This document shows positions 1 through 9,513 of a stretch of 43,319 bases of DNA, in pieces (the stretch's first letter is position 1; each line of letters starts with the position of its first letter). The stretch is taken from positions 1 through 43,319 of the forward strand of contig CAMDAL010000001.1 in assembly GCA_945888565.1 (NCBI GenBank), given 5' to 3'. A program made the position numbers and the translations under genes. Under the pieces are notes generated by a model. That model worked only from the letters and a program-made list of their open reading frames with translations. It ran no database searches and was not told the origin of the DNA. This stretch comes from Devosia equisanguinis. Lineage in GTDB: Bacteria; Pseudomonadota; Alphaproteobacteria; Rhizobiales; Devosiaceae.

Positions 1-2526
1 CTCGCGTTCGACCACGTCGTTGGGCGCGTCCTTCTCGACGGTGATTTCGGCGCGGCGCTTGCCGTTGACCTGCACCGGGATAACCACGGTGGAATCGACC
101 AGCAGGGCCGCATCGATAGCGGGCCAGCGCGTATCGACCAGCAGCGAGTCGTTGCCGAGCAGGGCCCAGCAGCTTTCGGCGAGGTGCGGCATCATCGGGG
201 CGACGACGAGGATGAGGCGCTCGACGCCTTCGCGCAGCGCGGCGGTACGGCCGGGGGTAGTGTGCTCGGTGACGGTGCCGACGAACTTGGTCAGGCCGTT
301 GGTGAGTTCGTAGATCTGGGCGACGGCGCGGTTGAAGCGCAGGCCCTCGATCTCGCCGGCGACATTGGCCACGGTGCGGTGCACCAGCTTGCGGACTTCG
401 GCGGTCGCGGAATCCGACATATCGGGCTCGGCCGGGGCGGCTGCCTCGAACAGTTCGAGTGCGTCGTTCACCAGCTTCCAGATGCGCTGCACGAAGCGGC
501 TGGCGCCATCGACGCCGGCTTCGGTCCACTGCACGTCGCGCTCGGGTGGCGAGTCGGAGAGCATGAACCAGCGAGCGGTGTCGGCGCCGTAGGTGGCGAC
601 GATCTCGTCGGGGTCCACCACGTTCTTCTTGGACTTCGACATTTTCTCGATCGAGCCGATCTCGACCGGCGCGCCGGTGACGGCGTGCTTTGCAGTGCGG
701 ACATCCATGCCGGAGACGATGACGTCGGCTGGGGAAAGCCACTCGCCCGACGCGTCCTTGTAGGTCTCGTGCACCACCATGCCCTGGGTGAACAGGCCCT
801 TGAACGGCTCGTCGAGGTTCAGGTGGCCGGCCTTCTTCATGGCGCGGGTGAAGAAGCGCGAGTAGAGCAGGTGCAGGATCGCATGCTCGACGCCGCCGAT
901 ATACTGGTCGACCGGCAGCCAGCTGTTGGCGATGGCCGGAGTGGTCGGGGTGGCGGCCGTCGGGTCGGTGAAGCGGGCGTAGTACCAGCTCGAATCGACA
1001 AAGGTGTCCATGGTGTCGGTCTCGCGCAGGGCGGGGCCGGCGCAGACGGGGCACGCGACGTGCTTCCAGGTCGGGTGGTGGTCGAGCGGGTTGCCCGGCT
1101 TGTCGAAGGTGACATCCTCGGGCAGCACGACGGGCAACTGATCGTCGGGGACCGGGTTGGTGCCGCAGGCTTCGCAGTGGACCACCGGGATGGGGCAGCC
1201 CCAGTAGCGCTGCCGCGAGATGCCCCAGTCGCGCAGGCGGTAGTTCACCTCGACGGTGCCCTGCTGGTGGTTGTCGACGGTGCGGGCGGCAAAGTATTCG
1301 GCGATCTTCTTTTTCGCAGCGTCGACGTCGAGGCCGTCGAGGAACTCGCTGTGATAGGCGCGGCCGGGGCCGGTATAGGCTTCGGAGGCGACCTCGAACG
1401 TGTCGGCATCGGCGCCGTCGGGGAGCACGACGGAGATCACCGGCAGGTTGTACCGGCGGGCGAAATCGAGGTCGCGCTGGTCGTGTGCCGGGCAGCCGAA
1501 AATGGCGCCGGTGCCGTATTCCATCAGCACGAAATTGGCGATGTAGACGGGCAGCGTGGAACCTGGCTTGACCGGATGCTTCACGTGAATCCCGGTGAAC
1601 ACGCCGAGCTTTTCGGCCTTGTCGATCGCTTCGGTGGCCGTGCCGATGCGGTGCGCCTCCTCGATGAAGGCGGCGATCTCGGGCCGGTCGGCCATCGACT
1701 TCGCCAGCGGATGATCGGGCGAAATGGCGACGAAACTGGCGCCGAAAATCGTGTCGGGACGCGTCGTGAACACTTCGAGGGCCATAAAGTTCTGCCAGCG
1801 CTCGCTGAGCTCGAAGAACAGGCGCATGCCCTCGGACCTGCCGATCCAGTTGCGCTGCATCAGGCGCACCTTGTCGGGCCAGCGGTCGAGCGTGTCGAGC
1901 GCCTCGAGCAGGTCTTCGGCGTAGTCGGAGACCTTCAGAAACCACTGGGTCAGTTCGCGCTGTTCGACCACGGCGCCGGAGCGCCAGCCGCGGCCGTCGA
2001 TCACCTGCTCGTTGGCGAGCACGGTCATGTCTACGGGGTCCCAGTTGACCTTCGACTTCTTGCGATCGACGAGGCCGACCTTCAGGAAATCGAGGAACAG
2101 CTTCTGCTGGTGCTGGTAGTAGGAGGGGTCGCAGGTGGCGATCTCGCGCGTCCAGTCGAAGGCGAAGCCGATCGACTTCAGCTGCTTCTTCATCGCCGCG
2201 ATGTTGGCGTAGGTCCAGGCCTTGGGATGGACCTTGTTTTGCATGGCGGCGTTTTCGGCCGGCAGGCCGAAGGCGTCCCAGCCCATGGGGTGCAGCACGT
2301 TCATGCCGAGCATGCGCTTGTAGCGCGCCAGCACGTCACCCATGGTGTAGTTGCGGACGTGGCCCATGTGGATGCGCCCCGACGGATAGGGGAACATCTC
2401 CAGGACATAGTAGGGGTCTTTGCTCTCGTCGTGCTTCACCTCGAAGGCATGGGTATCGTCCCAGGCCTTCTGCCAGCGCGGCTCTTCGACCCGCGGATTA
2501 TAGCGTTCGACAACTCGAGCAGTCAC
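1..2526 (-). CDS. leuS: Leucine--tRNA ligase (3'-partial, runs off window start)
   Basis: Missing from the ORF track because there is no stop in the window. Minus-strand translation from GTG at 2526 (AAAGGA SD upstream) gives [35 protein letters not shown] (HIGH motif), EKMSKSKKN (KMSKS motif) and VQVNGKRR near the window edge. Confidence 0.97.
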   Translation of the reverse strand, partial: MTARVVERYNPRVEEPRWQKAWDDTHAFEVKHDESKDPYYVLEMFPYPSGRIHMGHVRNYTMGDVLARYKRMLGMNVLHPMGWDAFGLPAENAAMQNKVHPKAWTYANIAAMKKQLKSIGFAFDWTREIATCDPSYYQHQQKLFLDFLKVGLVDRKKSKVNWDPVDMTVLANEQVIDGRGWRSGAVVEQRELTQWFLKVSDYAEDLLEALDTLDRWPDKVRLMQRNWIGRSEGMRLFFELSERWQNFMALEVFTTRPDTIFGASFVAISPDHPLAKSMADRPEIAAFIEEAHRIGTATEAIDKAEKLGVFTGIHVKHPVKPGSTLPVYIANFVLMEYGTGAIFGCPAHDQRDLDFARRYNLPVISVVLPDGADADTFEVASEAYTGPGRAYHSEFLDGLDVDAAKKKIAEYFAARTVDNHQQGTVEVNYRLRDWGISRQRYWGCPIPVVHCEACGTNPVPDDQLPVVLPEDVTFDKPGNPLDHHPTWKHVACPVCAGPALRETDTMDTFVDSSWYYARFTDPTAATPTTPAIANSWLPVDQYIGGVEHAILHLLYSRFFTRAMKKAGHLNLDEPFKGLFTQGMVVHETYKDASGEWLSPADVIVSGMDVRTAKHAVTGAPVEIGSIEKMSKSKKNVVDPDEIVATYGADTARWFMLSDSPPERDVQWTEAGVDGASRFVQRIWKLVNDALELFEAAAPAEPDMSDSATAEVRKLVHRTVANVAGEIEGLRFNRAVAQIYELTNGLTKFVGTVTEHTTPGRTAALREGVERLILVVAPMMPHLAESCWALLGNDSLLVDTRWPAIDAALLVDSTVVIPVQVNGKRRAEITVEKDAPNDVVERE
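1577..1592. other. parS-like palindrome TGCTTCACGTGAATCC (inside leuS)
   Basis: 13/16 match to TGTTTCACGTGAAACA; same GAATC arm as the three intergenic copies. Confidence 0.5.
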
Positions 2527-2637
2527 TTCCAACGTCCTTTGAAGCGCACGCAAAATCTTGCGTTTGCGGGGGATTTTGAGTAGCGGACCTTCAACAGAAA
2601 TCGGGTGACCGGTCAACAGTCGCAAGGACCTCCGGCG

Positions 2638-3300
2638 ATGGACAATGCTGCCGAACGGCTCGGACACATCCGCTCGCGTATCGAAACGGCGCGCCAGCGT
2701 TTCGGCCCCCCGCCCGAGCATGTGGAGCTGGTGGCCGTCTCGAAGACCTTCGACGCCACCGCAATCCGGCCGTTTCTGGACGCCGGGCAGCGGGTGTTCG
2801 GCGAGAACCGGGTGCAGGAGGCGCAGGCCAAGTGGCCTGAGCTCCGGGCATCGTATTATGGCATAGAACTGCACCTGATCGGTCCGCTGCAGACCAACAA
2901 GGCCCGCGAGGCCGTGGCGCTGTTCGACGTGATCCAGACGGTGGACCGCGACAAGCTCGCCGGCGTACTGGCGGCGGAGATGGCGAAGGCCACCCGCCGG
3001 CTGCCGGTGTTCGTGCAGGTCAATATCGGGCTCGAGCAACAGAAGGCGGGCATTCCGCCGGCCGAGGCCGTTGCATTCGCCGAGCGCTGCCGGAGCGAGC
3101 ACGGGCTCGAGGTTGCAGGGTTGATGTGCATCCCGCCCGACGGGGCGCCGGCTGGGCCGTATTTCGCGCAGCTGGCGACGCTGGGTCGCGCGGCCGGGGT
3201 GGCGAAGCTGTCGATGGGGATGAGCGGCGACTTTGAAACCGCGATCGCCATGGGCGCGACGCACGTGCGGGTGGGTTCCGCCCTGTTCGGGGCGCGCTGA
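2638..3300 (+). CDS. yggS: PLP homeostasis protein, YggS family
   Basis: [34 protein letters not shown] and [10 protein letters not shown] motifs; ATG 2638 with AAGGA SD. Confidence 0.95.
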   Translation: MDNAAERLGHIRSRIETARQRFGPPPEHVELVAVSKTFDATAIRPFLDAGQRVFGENRVQEAQAKWPELRASYYGIELHLIGPLQTNKAREAVALFDVIQTVDRDKLAGVLAAEMAKATRRLPVFVQVNIGLEQQKAGIPPAEAVAFAERCRSEHGLEVAGLMCIPPDGAPAGPYFAQLATLGRAAGVAKLSMGMSGDFETAIAMGATHVRVGSALFGAR

Positions 3301-3554
3301 CCAAGGTAATGCCACAGACCAAAACCAAAGCCGGACATTGAGATGCTTGGGTAGCGATCCCGACGTTTTTCGGCGATTCTGTCAGGCTGGCTCCCGTAGC
3401 ACTCCAGGTGCGGGCTCTCGGTGCGGGAGGCTGCAACTTTCGACTGTCAAATCACGTTGCTGGTTATAGCGATGGCGTCACGCCGTTTTGATTGGCCGGC
3501 TCGATACAGCCCGGCCTAACTCAGGGACTGAGGCCGATGGCTTGGGGTAACAGC

Positions 3555-4238
3555 ATGAACAGACGACGCATCCTTCTGGTTGACGACGATGCGGAGTTGC
3601 GCAAGACCCTGATCGAGCAACTGTCTCCCTACCGAGAATTCGACCTGACCGAGGCCGGCACAGCCGCCGAGGCGATCGGCAAGGTGCGCGACACCCACAC
3701 TGACCTGATGTTGCTCGATGTCGGCCTGCCCGACATGGACGGGCGCGAGGCGGTGAAGATCATGCGGCGGGAGGGCTTCAAGAGCCCGATCATCATGCTG
3801 ACCGGCCAGGACAGCGATGCCGACCAGATCTTGGGACTTGAATCCGGCGCCAATGACTACGTCACCAAGCCGTTCAGGTTCTCGGTGCTGCTGGCCCGCA
3901 TACGCGCCGCATTGCGCCAGCACGACCAGTCCGAGGACGTGGTGTTCACCATCGGGCCGTACGCGTTCCAGCCGGCCGCCAAGATGCTGGAATCGACCGA
4001 CGGCAACAAGGTGCGGCTGACCGACAAGGAAACGTCGATCCTCAAGTATCTCTACCGCCAGGGGCCGAAGACGATCACCCGTGAGATCCTGCTCAAGGAA
4101 GTGTGGGGCTACAATAACCGGGTGACGACGCACACGCTCGAAACCCATATCTACCGGCTGCGCCAGAAGATCGAACGCGACCCATCCAATGCGCGGCTGC
4201 TGGTGACGGAAGAGGGCGGTTACCGGCTGGTGCCGTGA
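3555..4238 (+). CDS. OmpR/PhoB-family response regulator
   Basis: Receiver domain (LLVDDD, LLDVGLPDMDG, GANDYVTKPF) plus winged helix (THTLETHIYRLRQKIE); start set to the MNRRRILL ATG. Confidence 0.93.
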   Translation: MNRRRILLVDDDAELRKTLIEQLSPYREFDLTEAGTAAEAIGKVRDTHTDLMLLDVGLPDMDGREAVKIMRREGFKSPIIMLTGQDSDADQILGLESGANDYVTKPFRFSVLLARIRAALRQHDQSEDVVFTIGPYAFQPAAKMLESTDGNKVRLTDKETSILKYLYRQGPKTITREILLKEVWGYNNRVTTHTLETHIYRLRQKIERDPSNARLLVTEEGGYRLVP

Positions 4239-4261
4239 CCGCTGCTTCCATCTGAGACGAC

Positions 4262-4285
4262 AAGGGCCCGGTTTTCCGGGCCCTT
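4262..4285. terminator. Perfect hairpin, likely bidirectional terminator
   Basis: AAGGGCCCGG-TTTT-CCGGGCCCTT between convergent genes. Confidence 0.75.
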
Positions 4286-4292
4286 CGCTTGT

Positions 4293-4463
4293 TCAGGCCG
4301 CCAGCACGGCGCCCGCGCCGCTGCCATCCATGCCGCGCACGAGCGCTTCGTAGCCCCAGATCGCATTGGCACCCAGATCCACGATGGGCTGGAAAGCCAT
4401 GGTGAAGGGGACTGGAAACGATTCGCCGGTGCGACAGCCGTCGCAGGCAGCCAGAGCAGGCAT
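4293..4463 (-). pseudogene. Truncated EAL-domain (c-di-GMP phosphodiesterase) gene remnant, 56 aa
   Basis: CDGC...FTMAFQPIVDL...WGYEALVRG is the N-terminus of an EAL domain (~240 aa expected). It stops right after, against the terminator. Confidence 0.8.
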
Positions 4464-4634
4464 TGAAATCTCTTTCGCATCAATGAAACAGGCGACGTTC
4501 ACGCCAACAGTGACAGGGCCGCGCTAAAACAGGCTTGCCGGTTGGCCGCGCGGGCGTGGGGTACTTGCTGCGGCGGGGCTTGCTGCGAGGGGACTCGGGG
4601 GTCATGGTGCGCGCAAATTCTGCGAGACCACCAA

Positions 4635-6689
4635 ATGACCAATCCGTTTTCCGCCACCTGGGACACTCCGTTCGAGGCTCCGCCGTTCGACGTCATCGAA
4701 ACCGGGCATTTCCAGCCGGCCTATGCCGAGGCCCTCGCCGCGCATCAGGCCGAGGTGGCGGCGATTGCCGATTCGCCCGAGGCGCCGAGCTTCGAGAACA
4801 CCGTCGGGGCGCTCGAAAGAAGCGGCAAGGCGCTGAAGCGGGTCGACATGGTGTTCAACCAGCTGAGCTCGGCCAATACCGACGAGGCGCTGCAGGCGGT
4901 CGAGCGCGAGATGGCGCCGGTGGTGACGCGGCACTGGAACGACATCTTCCTCAACCCGAAGCTGTTCGCGCGGGTCGACACGCTGTTCCGGGAGCGCGCC
5001 GGGCTCGGGCTGACCGATGAGCAGTTGCGGGTGCTGGAGCGCTACCATCTGGATTTCGTCCGGTCGGGCGCGGCGCTTTCGGCCGACGAGCGGCTGCGCT
5101 ATGCCGATATCACCGAGCGGCTGTCGGTGCTGGGGACGCAGTTCGGGCAGAACGTGCTGAACGACGAGCGCGACAGCGTGTTCGCGCTGACCGAAGCGGA
5201 AGTCGCGGGCCTGTCGGAGTCGGCGAAGGCGGCGGCGGCGCAGACGGCGCGCGACCGCAAGCTCAACGCGCCCTACGCGATGACGGCCTCACGCTCCAGC
5301 GTCGAGCCGATCCTGGAGTCGGGGACGGATCGCGCCACCCGCGAGAAGGCCTGGCGGGCTTTCGTGACGCGCGGCGCCAACGGCAATGCCAACGACAACC
5401 GCAAGGTGATTGCCGAAATCGTCGCGCTGCGCGCCGAACTGGCGCAGCTGCTCGGCTACCAGACCTACGCGCACTACAAGCTTGCCGACACGATGGCGAA
5501 GACACCTGAGGCCGCGCGAGGACTGCTCGAGGAGCTGTGGGGCCATGGCCGCCGCAAGGCGCTCGAGGATCGGGATGCGTTACAGGCGCTGGCCGAAGGC
5601 GAGGGCGCTGGCACCACCATCGAGAGGTTTGCCATCGAGCCTTGGGACTGGCGCTTCTATGCCGAGAAGCTGCGGCTCGCCCGCTACGATTTCGACGCCA
5701 ACGCGCTGAAGCCGTATTTCGAACTCGGCAAGGTGGTCGATGCGGCGTTCTATACCGCCGGCAGGCTGTTCGGGCTGAGCTTCGTGCCGCGCGACGACGT
5801 GCCTGGCTACCACCCGGATGTGCAGGTGTGGGAAGTGCAGCGCGGCGGCAAGCCGATCGGGCTGTTCTACGGCGACTATTTCGCGCGGGCGGGCAAGCGC
5901 TCGGGGGCGTGGATGACCTCGTTCCGCGAGCAGAGCCGGATCGATGGCGAGCAGCTGCCGCTGATCGTCAACACCTGCAACTTCAACAAGCCGCCCGAGG
6001 ATGAGCCGGCACTGCTGTCGCTCGACGAGGCGCGGACGGTGTTTCACGAGATGGGGCACGGCCTGCACGGGCTGTTGTCGGACGTGACCTATCCCCGGAT
6101 TTCCGGCACGTCGGTGGTGCGCGATTTCGTCGAACTGCCCAGCCAGATCTACGAGCACTGGCTGGAGAGCGATCCGGTGCTCGAACGCATGACGCATTAC
6201 CAGACCGGCGAGACCATTCCCGAGGCGCTGCTGAACCGGATGCGGGCGGCCCGGAACGCCGGGCAGGGCTTCCAGACGGTGGAGGTGACCTCCTCGGCGC
6301 TGCTCGACATGGACTACCACGCCGCCGGGCTCGGGCCGGATGGCGACGTCGATGCGTTCGAGGCCGGCGTGCTCGACGCCATCGGCATGCCCAAGGAAAT
6401 CTCGCTGCGGCATGCCAGCACGCATTTCCTGCACATCTTCTCGGGCGATGGCTATGCGGCCGGCTACTACAGCTACATGTGGAGCGAGGTGCTGGACGCG
6501 GACGGCTTCGAGGCCTTCCAGGAGGCGGGCGATCCGTTCGATCCGGCGACGGCGGAGCGGCTCTACCGGTTCATCTACTCGGCCGGCGGTTCGCGCGACT
6601 ATGGCGAGGCCTACCGGCAGTTCCGCGGGCGCGATCCGCAGATCGGCGGGCTGCTGAAGGGCCGGGGGTTCGTGGAGGCGGAGGCGTGA
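4635..6689 (+). CDS. dcp: M3-family metallopeptidase (peptidyl-dipeptidase Dcp)
   Basis: TNPF...PPFD N-terminus, KRSGAWM, HEMGH zinc motif, RDFVELPSQ, FLHIFSGDGYAAGYYSYMWSEVLDAD. Confidence 0.93.
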   Translation: MTNPFSATWDTPFEAPPFDVIETGHFQPAYAEALAAHQAEVAAIADSPEAPSFENTVGALERSGKALKRVDMVFNQLSSANTDEALQAVEREMAPVVTRHWNDIFLNPKLFARVDTLFRERAGLGLTDEQLRVLERYHLDFVRSGAALSADERLRYADITERLSVLGTQFGQNVLNDERDSVFALTEAEVAGLSESAKAAAAQTARDRKLNAPYAMTASRSSVEPILESGTDRATREKAWRAFVTRGANGNANDNRKVIAEIVALRAELAQLLGYQTYAHYKLADTMAKTPEAARGLLEELWGHGRRKALEDRDALQALAEGEGAGTTIERFAIEPWDWRFYAEKLRLARYDFDANALKPYFELGKVVDAAFYTAGRLFGLSFVPRDDVPGYHPDVQVWEVQRGGKPIGLFYGDYFARAGKRSGAWMTSFREQSRIDGEQLPLIVNTCNFNKPPEDEPALLSLDEARTVFHEMGHGLHGLLSDVTYPRISGTSVVRDFVELPSQIYEHWLESDPVLERMTHYQTGETIPEALLNRMRAARNAGQGFQTVEVTSSALLDMDYHAAGLGPDGDVDAFEAGVLDAIGMPKEISLRHASTHFLHIFSGDGYAAGYYSYMWSEVLDADGFEAFQEAGDPFDPATAERLYRFIYSAGGSRDYGEAYRQFRGRDPQIGGLLKGRGFVEAEA

Positions 6690-6832
6690 GCTTCGGGCTT
6701 TCCCCACCTCCGTTAGCCACAGGGGCAAAATCGATTCCGGTTCGTGCAAAGAAATGCTCTATATCCTCCCGGAGCGGAGGTAGCGGCGTCAGCAGGGCCC
6801 GGTTTCGACCAAGGCTCCGGGAATAGGGCGGG

Positions 6833-7282
6833 ATGCAACTCGACGACACGGCGACCATTCTTGGACGCGCCGAATTTTTCGAAATTTGCGACGCCGATCA
6901 ACGGCGGCTGCTTGCCTTTGCCTCGGAGCGGAAGAAGTTCCGCCCGGGCACGGTGATCTATGCCTCGGGCGATGTGCCCGAAGGCGCGCATGTGCTGATT
7001 TCGGGCACCATAGCGACGACGCAGGATGGCGGCGAGAGCAACCCCTACCTCATCCACGAGCAGGGCGCGCTGATCGGCGCCATGGGCCTCGTGGTGTCGA
7101 AGCCGCGGCCGGTGACGGTGAAGGCGATCGATTCGGTGGAAACGCTGTTCGTGCCGCGGACGGCCTTCATGAAGCTCGCCAACCAGTATCCGGCGCTCGC
7201 CGCGCGGGCGGCAGAGCGGATTCGTGCCGAGCTGCTGGGGTATCTGGGGGCGGTGTCGAGCGTGCGGGGGAAGATCGTCTAG
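6833..7282 (+). CDS. Cyclic-nucleotide-binding (Crp/CAP-ED) domain protein without HTH
   Basis: RLLAFASE, IYASGD, GALIGAMGL...PRPVTVKA cNMP-domain pattern; 149 aa. Confidence 0.85.
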   Translation: MQLDDTATILGRAEFFEICDADQRRLLAFASERKKFRPGTVIYASGDVPEGAHVLISGTIATTQDGGESNPYLIHEQGALIGAMGLVVSKPRPVTVKAIDSVETLFVPRTAFMKLANQYPALAARAAERIRAELLGYLGAVSSVRGKIV

Positions 7283-7354
7283 GGCCTCCATACCTTGGGC
7301 CGTTGAGGGTGCTCCCGTTGCCATTCGAGCGTAGCTCTCATGGCCTCCTCACCT

Positions 7355-7379
7355 AAAATCGCTCCACTGGAGCGATTTT
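7355..7379. repeat. REP-like perfect palindrome
   Basis: AAAATCGCTCCA-C-TGGAGCGATTTT in a convergent intergenic region. Confidence 0.65.
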
Positions 7380-7399
7380 GCTTTCGGCACGGTTCGGAG

Positions 7400-7415
7400 T
7401 GTTCCACGTGAATCG
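7400..7415. other. parS-like site TGTTCCACGTGAATCG
   Basis: 14/16 match to TGTTNCACGTGAAACA; intergenic, abutting the ridA-like stop codon. Confidence 0.7.
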
Positions 7416-7805
7416 TCACTCCGGCACCACCGCGTCGACCTCGATTTCCACCAGCCAGTCGGGATCGACGAAGGCGGTGACCTGCATCAGGGTGGTCACC
7501 GGGCGGATGGTGGCGAAGGCTTCGGCGTGGGCGGCATCTTTCCACAGCGCAATGTCGGTGAGGATGATGCGGGTGCGCGTCACGTGTTCCAGCTTGCCGC
7601 CGGCGTCGGCGAGCGCCTTGTCGATGATTTCGAGGCAGCGTTTCGTCTGGGCGTAGACGTCGCCGATGCCGGCCGTGCCCCCACCCGCCGCGATCGGGGC
7701 GGTGCCGCCGACGGCAATGTGGTTGCCGACGCGGACGGCGCGGGAAAAGCCGATCACCGGTTCGAGGTAGGAGCCGGAGGAAACGAGGGTGCGGACTTCA
7801 GTCAT
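7416..7805 (-). CDS. RidA/YjgF/UK114-family protein
   Basis: VSSGSYLEPVIGFSRAVRVG, VTRTRI, FVDPDWLVEIEVDA; start set to ATG 7805. Confidence 0.9.
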   Translation of the reverse strand: MTEVRTLVSSGSYLEPVIGFSRAVRVGNHIAVGGTAPIAAGGGTAGIGDVYAQTKRCLEIIDKALADAGGKLEHVTRTRIILTDIALWKDAAHAEAFATIRPVTTLMQVTAFVDPDWLVEIEVDAVVPE

Positions 7806-7838
7806 TGGGTGTCTGCATGGAAACGGACGGCCCCCTGG

Positions 7839-7857
7839 ACCTCCCCCATGGGGAGGT
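7839..7857. repeat. Short GC-rich REP-like hairpin between xth and the RidA gene
   Basis: ACCTCCCC-CAT-GGGGAGGT. Confidence 0.5.
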
Positions 7858-7869
7858 GAAGGAAGAAGC

Positions 7870-8676
7870 TCATTCGAACCGGGTGATGACGGGGACGTGG
7901 TCGGAGGGCTTGTCGGTCCAGCCGCGAGCCGGGCGGACGATCTCGGCATTCACCGTGTGGGCGGCGATGTCGGCGGTGGCCCAGATGTGGTCGAGCCGGC
8001 GGCCCTTGTTGGTCAGGTCCCACTCCTTGGCGCGGTAGCTCCACCACGAGTAGAGCTTCTGGTCAGCGGGGAAATACTTCCGCACCACGTCGACCCAGCC
8101 ATGACCGCCGGTGAGCAGGGCGTTCAGCGCTTCGGTTTCCAATGGCGTGTGGCTGACGACGTCAAGCAGCTGCTTGTGGCTCCACACATCGTGCTCCATC
8201 GGCGCGATGTTGAAGTCGCCGCAGATCAGCTGGCGTTCCTTGAAGTGATCCTCGCCGAACCAGGCCTTCAGCTCCTTGAGGAAGCCGACCTTGTGCTTGA
8301 ACTTGGGGTTCAGCTCGACATCGGCGAGGTCGCCGCCGGCCGGGATGTAGAAATTGTGCACTGTGACAGGACCCCGGCCGAAATCGGTGATGGCGGAGAC
8401 GTGCCGGCTCTCTTCAATCTCGCAGAACACCCGCGAGGAGATGTCGGTCAGCGGGTGCTTCGAGATGATGGCGACGCCGTGGTAGCCCTTCTGGCCGTGT
8501 ACGGCCTGGTAGGGGTAGCCGGCGGCGGTGAATTCCTGGCGCGGAAACTGGTCATTCAGGCACTTGATCTCCTGCAGGCACAGGATATCGGGCCGGTATT
8601 GCTCGATGAACTGCAGCACCAGCGGCAGCCGCAGGCGCACGGAGTTGATGTTCCAGGTGGCAAAGGTGGTCGGCAT
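7870..8676 (-). CDS. xth: Exodeoxyribonuclease III / AP endonuclease
   Basis: ATWNINSVRLR, LCLQEIK, GDFNIAP, YSWWSYR, RLDHIW, SDHVPV. Confidence 0.95.
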   Translation of the reverse strand: MPTTFATWNINSVRLRLPLVLQFIEQYRPDILCLQEIKCLNDQFPRQEFTAAGYPYQAVHGQKGYHGVAIISKHPLTDISSRVFCEIEESRHVSAITDFGRGPVTVHNFYIPAGGDLADVELNPKFKHKVGFLKELKAWFGEDHFKERQLICGDFNIAPMEHDVWSHKQLLDVVSHTPLETEALNALLTGGHGWVDVVRKYFPADQKLYSWWSYRAKEWDLTNKGRRLDHIWATADIAAHTVNAEIVRPARGWTDKPSDHVPVITRFE

Positions 8677-8744
8677 GGGGCGCCCGCATCAGGTGAGGCG
8701 CCCCTTATGGCGAGGCGGCGGGAGTCGGTAAAGCCGGTTTCGGC

Positions 8745-9380
8745 TCAGTTCTCGGCCGGCGCGTTGACGGCGCGGAAGGTCGGGTCGATGTAGAAATACG
8801 CTCGCGGGATCTCGACGCCGTACTCGACGTCATACAGCGAGAAGGTCAGCTCGTTGCCGCTCGGCTCGGTGAGCGTCCACTGCTTGAGGTCCTTGCTTTC
8901 GGTGTCGAAGACCAGCGCGACGCGCACGACGCCGCGCGGGGTGTCGTCCTGCAGGGTCAGCGACACGTAGTCGTCGGACTGGGCGATGGCGACGAGGTTG
9001 GCGGTGAACAGGTCGATATTCTCATCGAGGAACTGACGCAGCGGCACCTTGTCCTGGGGGTAGGCGTACTGGGTCTTTTCCTTGCGGTCGACGACGTAGA
9101 AGCCGCGCCCGACCGAGACGATCTGCTCGTAAGACGGCGGATTGTAGCGGAACAGCACCTTGCCCGGTCGCTCGATGAAGAACGTGCCCTCGATGCGCGA
9201 CCCCTGGGTGTCGATCTGGAGGAAGCGTCCCACCATGGTCCTGACGCCTGAATTATGGGCGTTGATCTCGTTGATCAGCTGGCGCTCGGCGTCGGTGAGG
9301 GTCCGCGGCTCGGCCTGGGCCAAAGCCGGTGCGGCGAGGGCGGTGACGGCGGCGAGCGCGATGAAGGTGCGGCGGAGCAT
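8745..9380 (-). CDS. lolA: Outer-membrane lipoprotein carrier LolA family
   Basis: Signal peptide; GRFLQ...GTFFIERPGKVLFRYNPP; located between ftsK and xth. Confidence 0.85.
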   Translation of the reverse strand: MLRRTFIALAAVTALAAPALAQAEPRTLTDAERQLINEINAHNSGVRTMVGRFLQIDTQGSRIEGTFFIERPGKVLFRYNPPSYEQIVSVGRGFYVVDRKEKTQYAYPQDKVPLRQFLDENIDLFTANLVAIAQSDDYVSLTLQDDTPRGVVRVALVFDTESKDLKQWTLTEPSGNELTFSLYDVEYGVEIPRAYFYIDPTFRAVNAPAEN

Positions 9381-9513
9381 GGCGGGACGCGTTTCCGTGT
9401 TCGTTCAAGGTTGACGATGCCTGTACGCGGCAAATGCGGCAAGAGGTGGAAAGGCTCCAATTCTAAGCCGCAGGGCAATTGACCGGCGCGGGCTGCTCGG
9501 TCACCAACCGCTG

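Noticed and set aside
184-2583. 799-aa plus-strand ORF
   Set aside because: Antisense shadow of leuS caused by high-GC codon bias; no recognisable motifs.
3391-3533. Several hairpins upstream of the response regulator (possible riboswitch/ncRNA)
   Set aside because: Short GC stems are expected by chance at this GC content; no recognisable riboswitch or sRNA motif.
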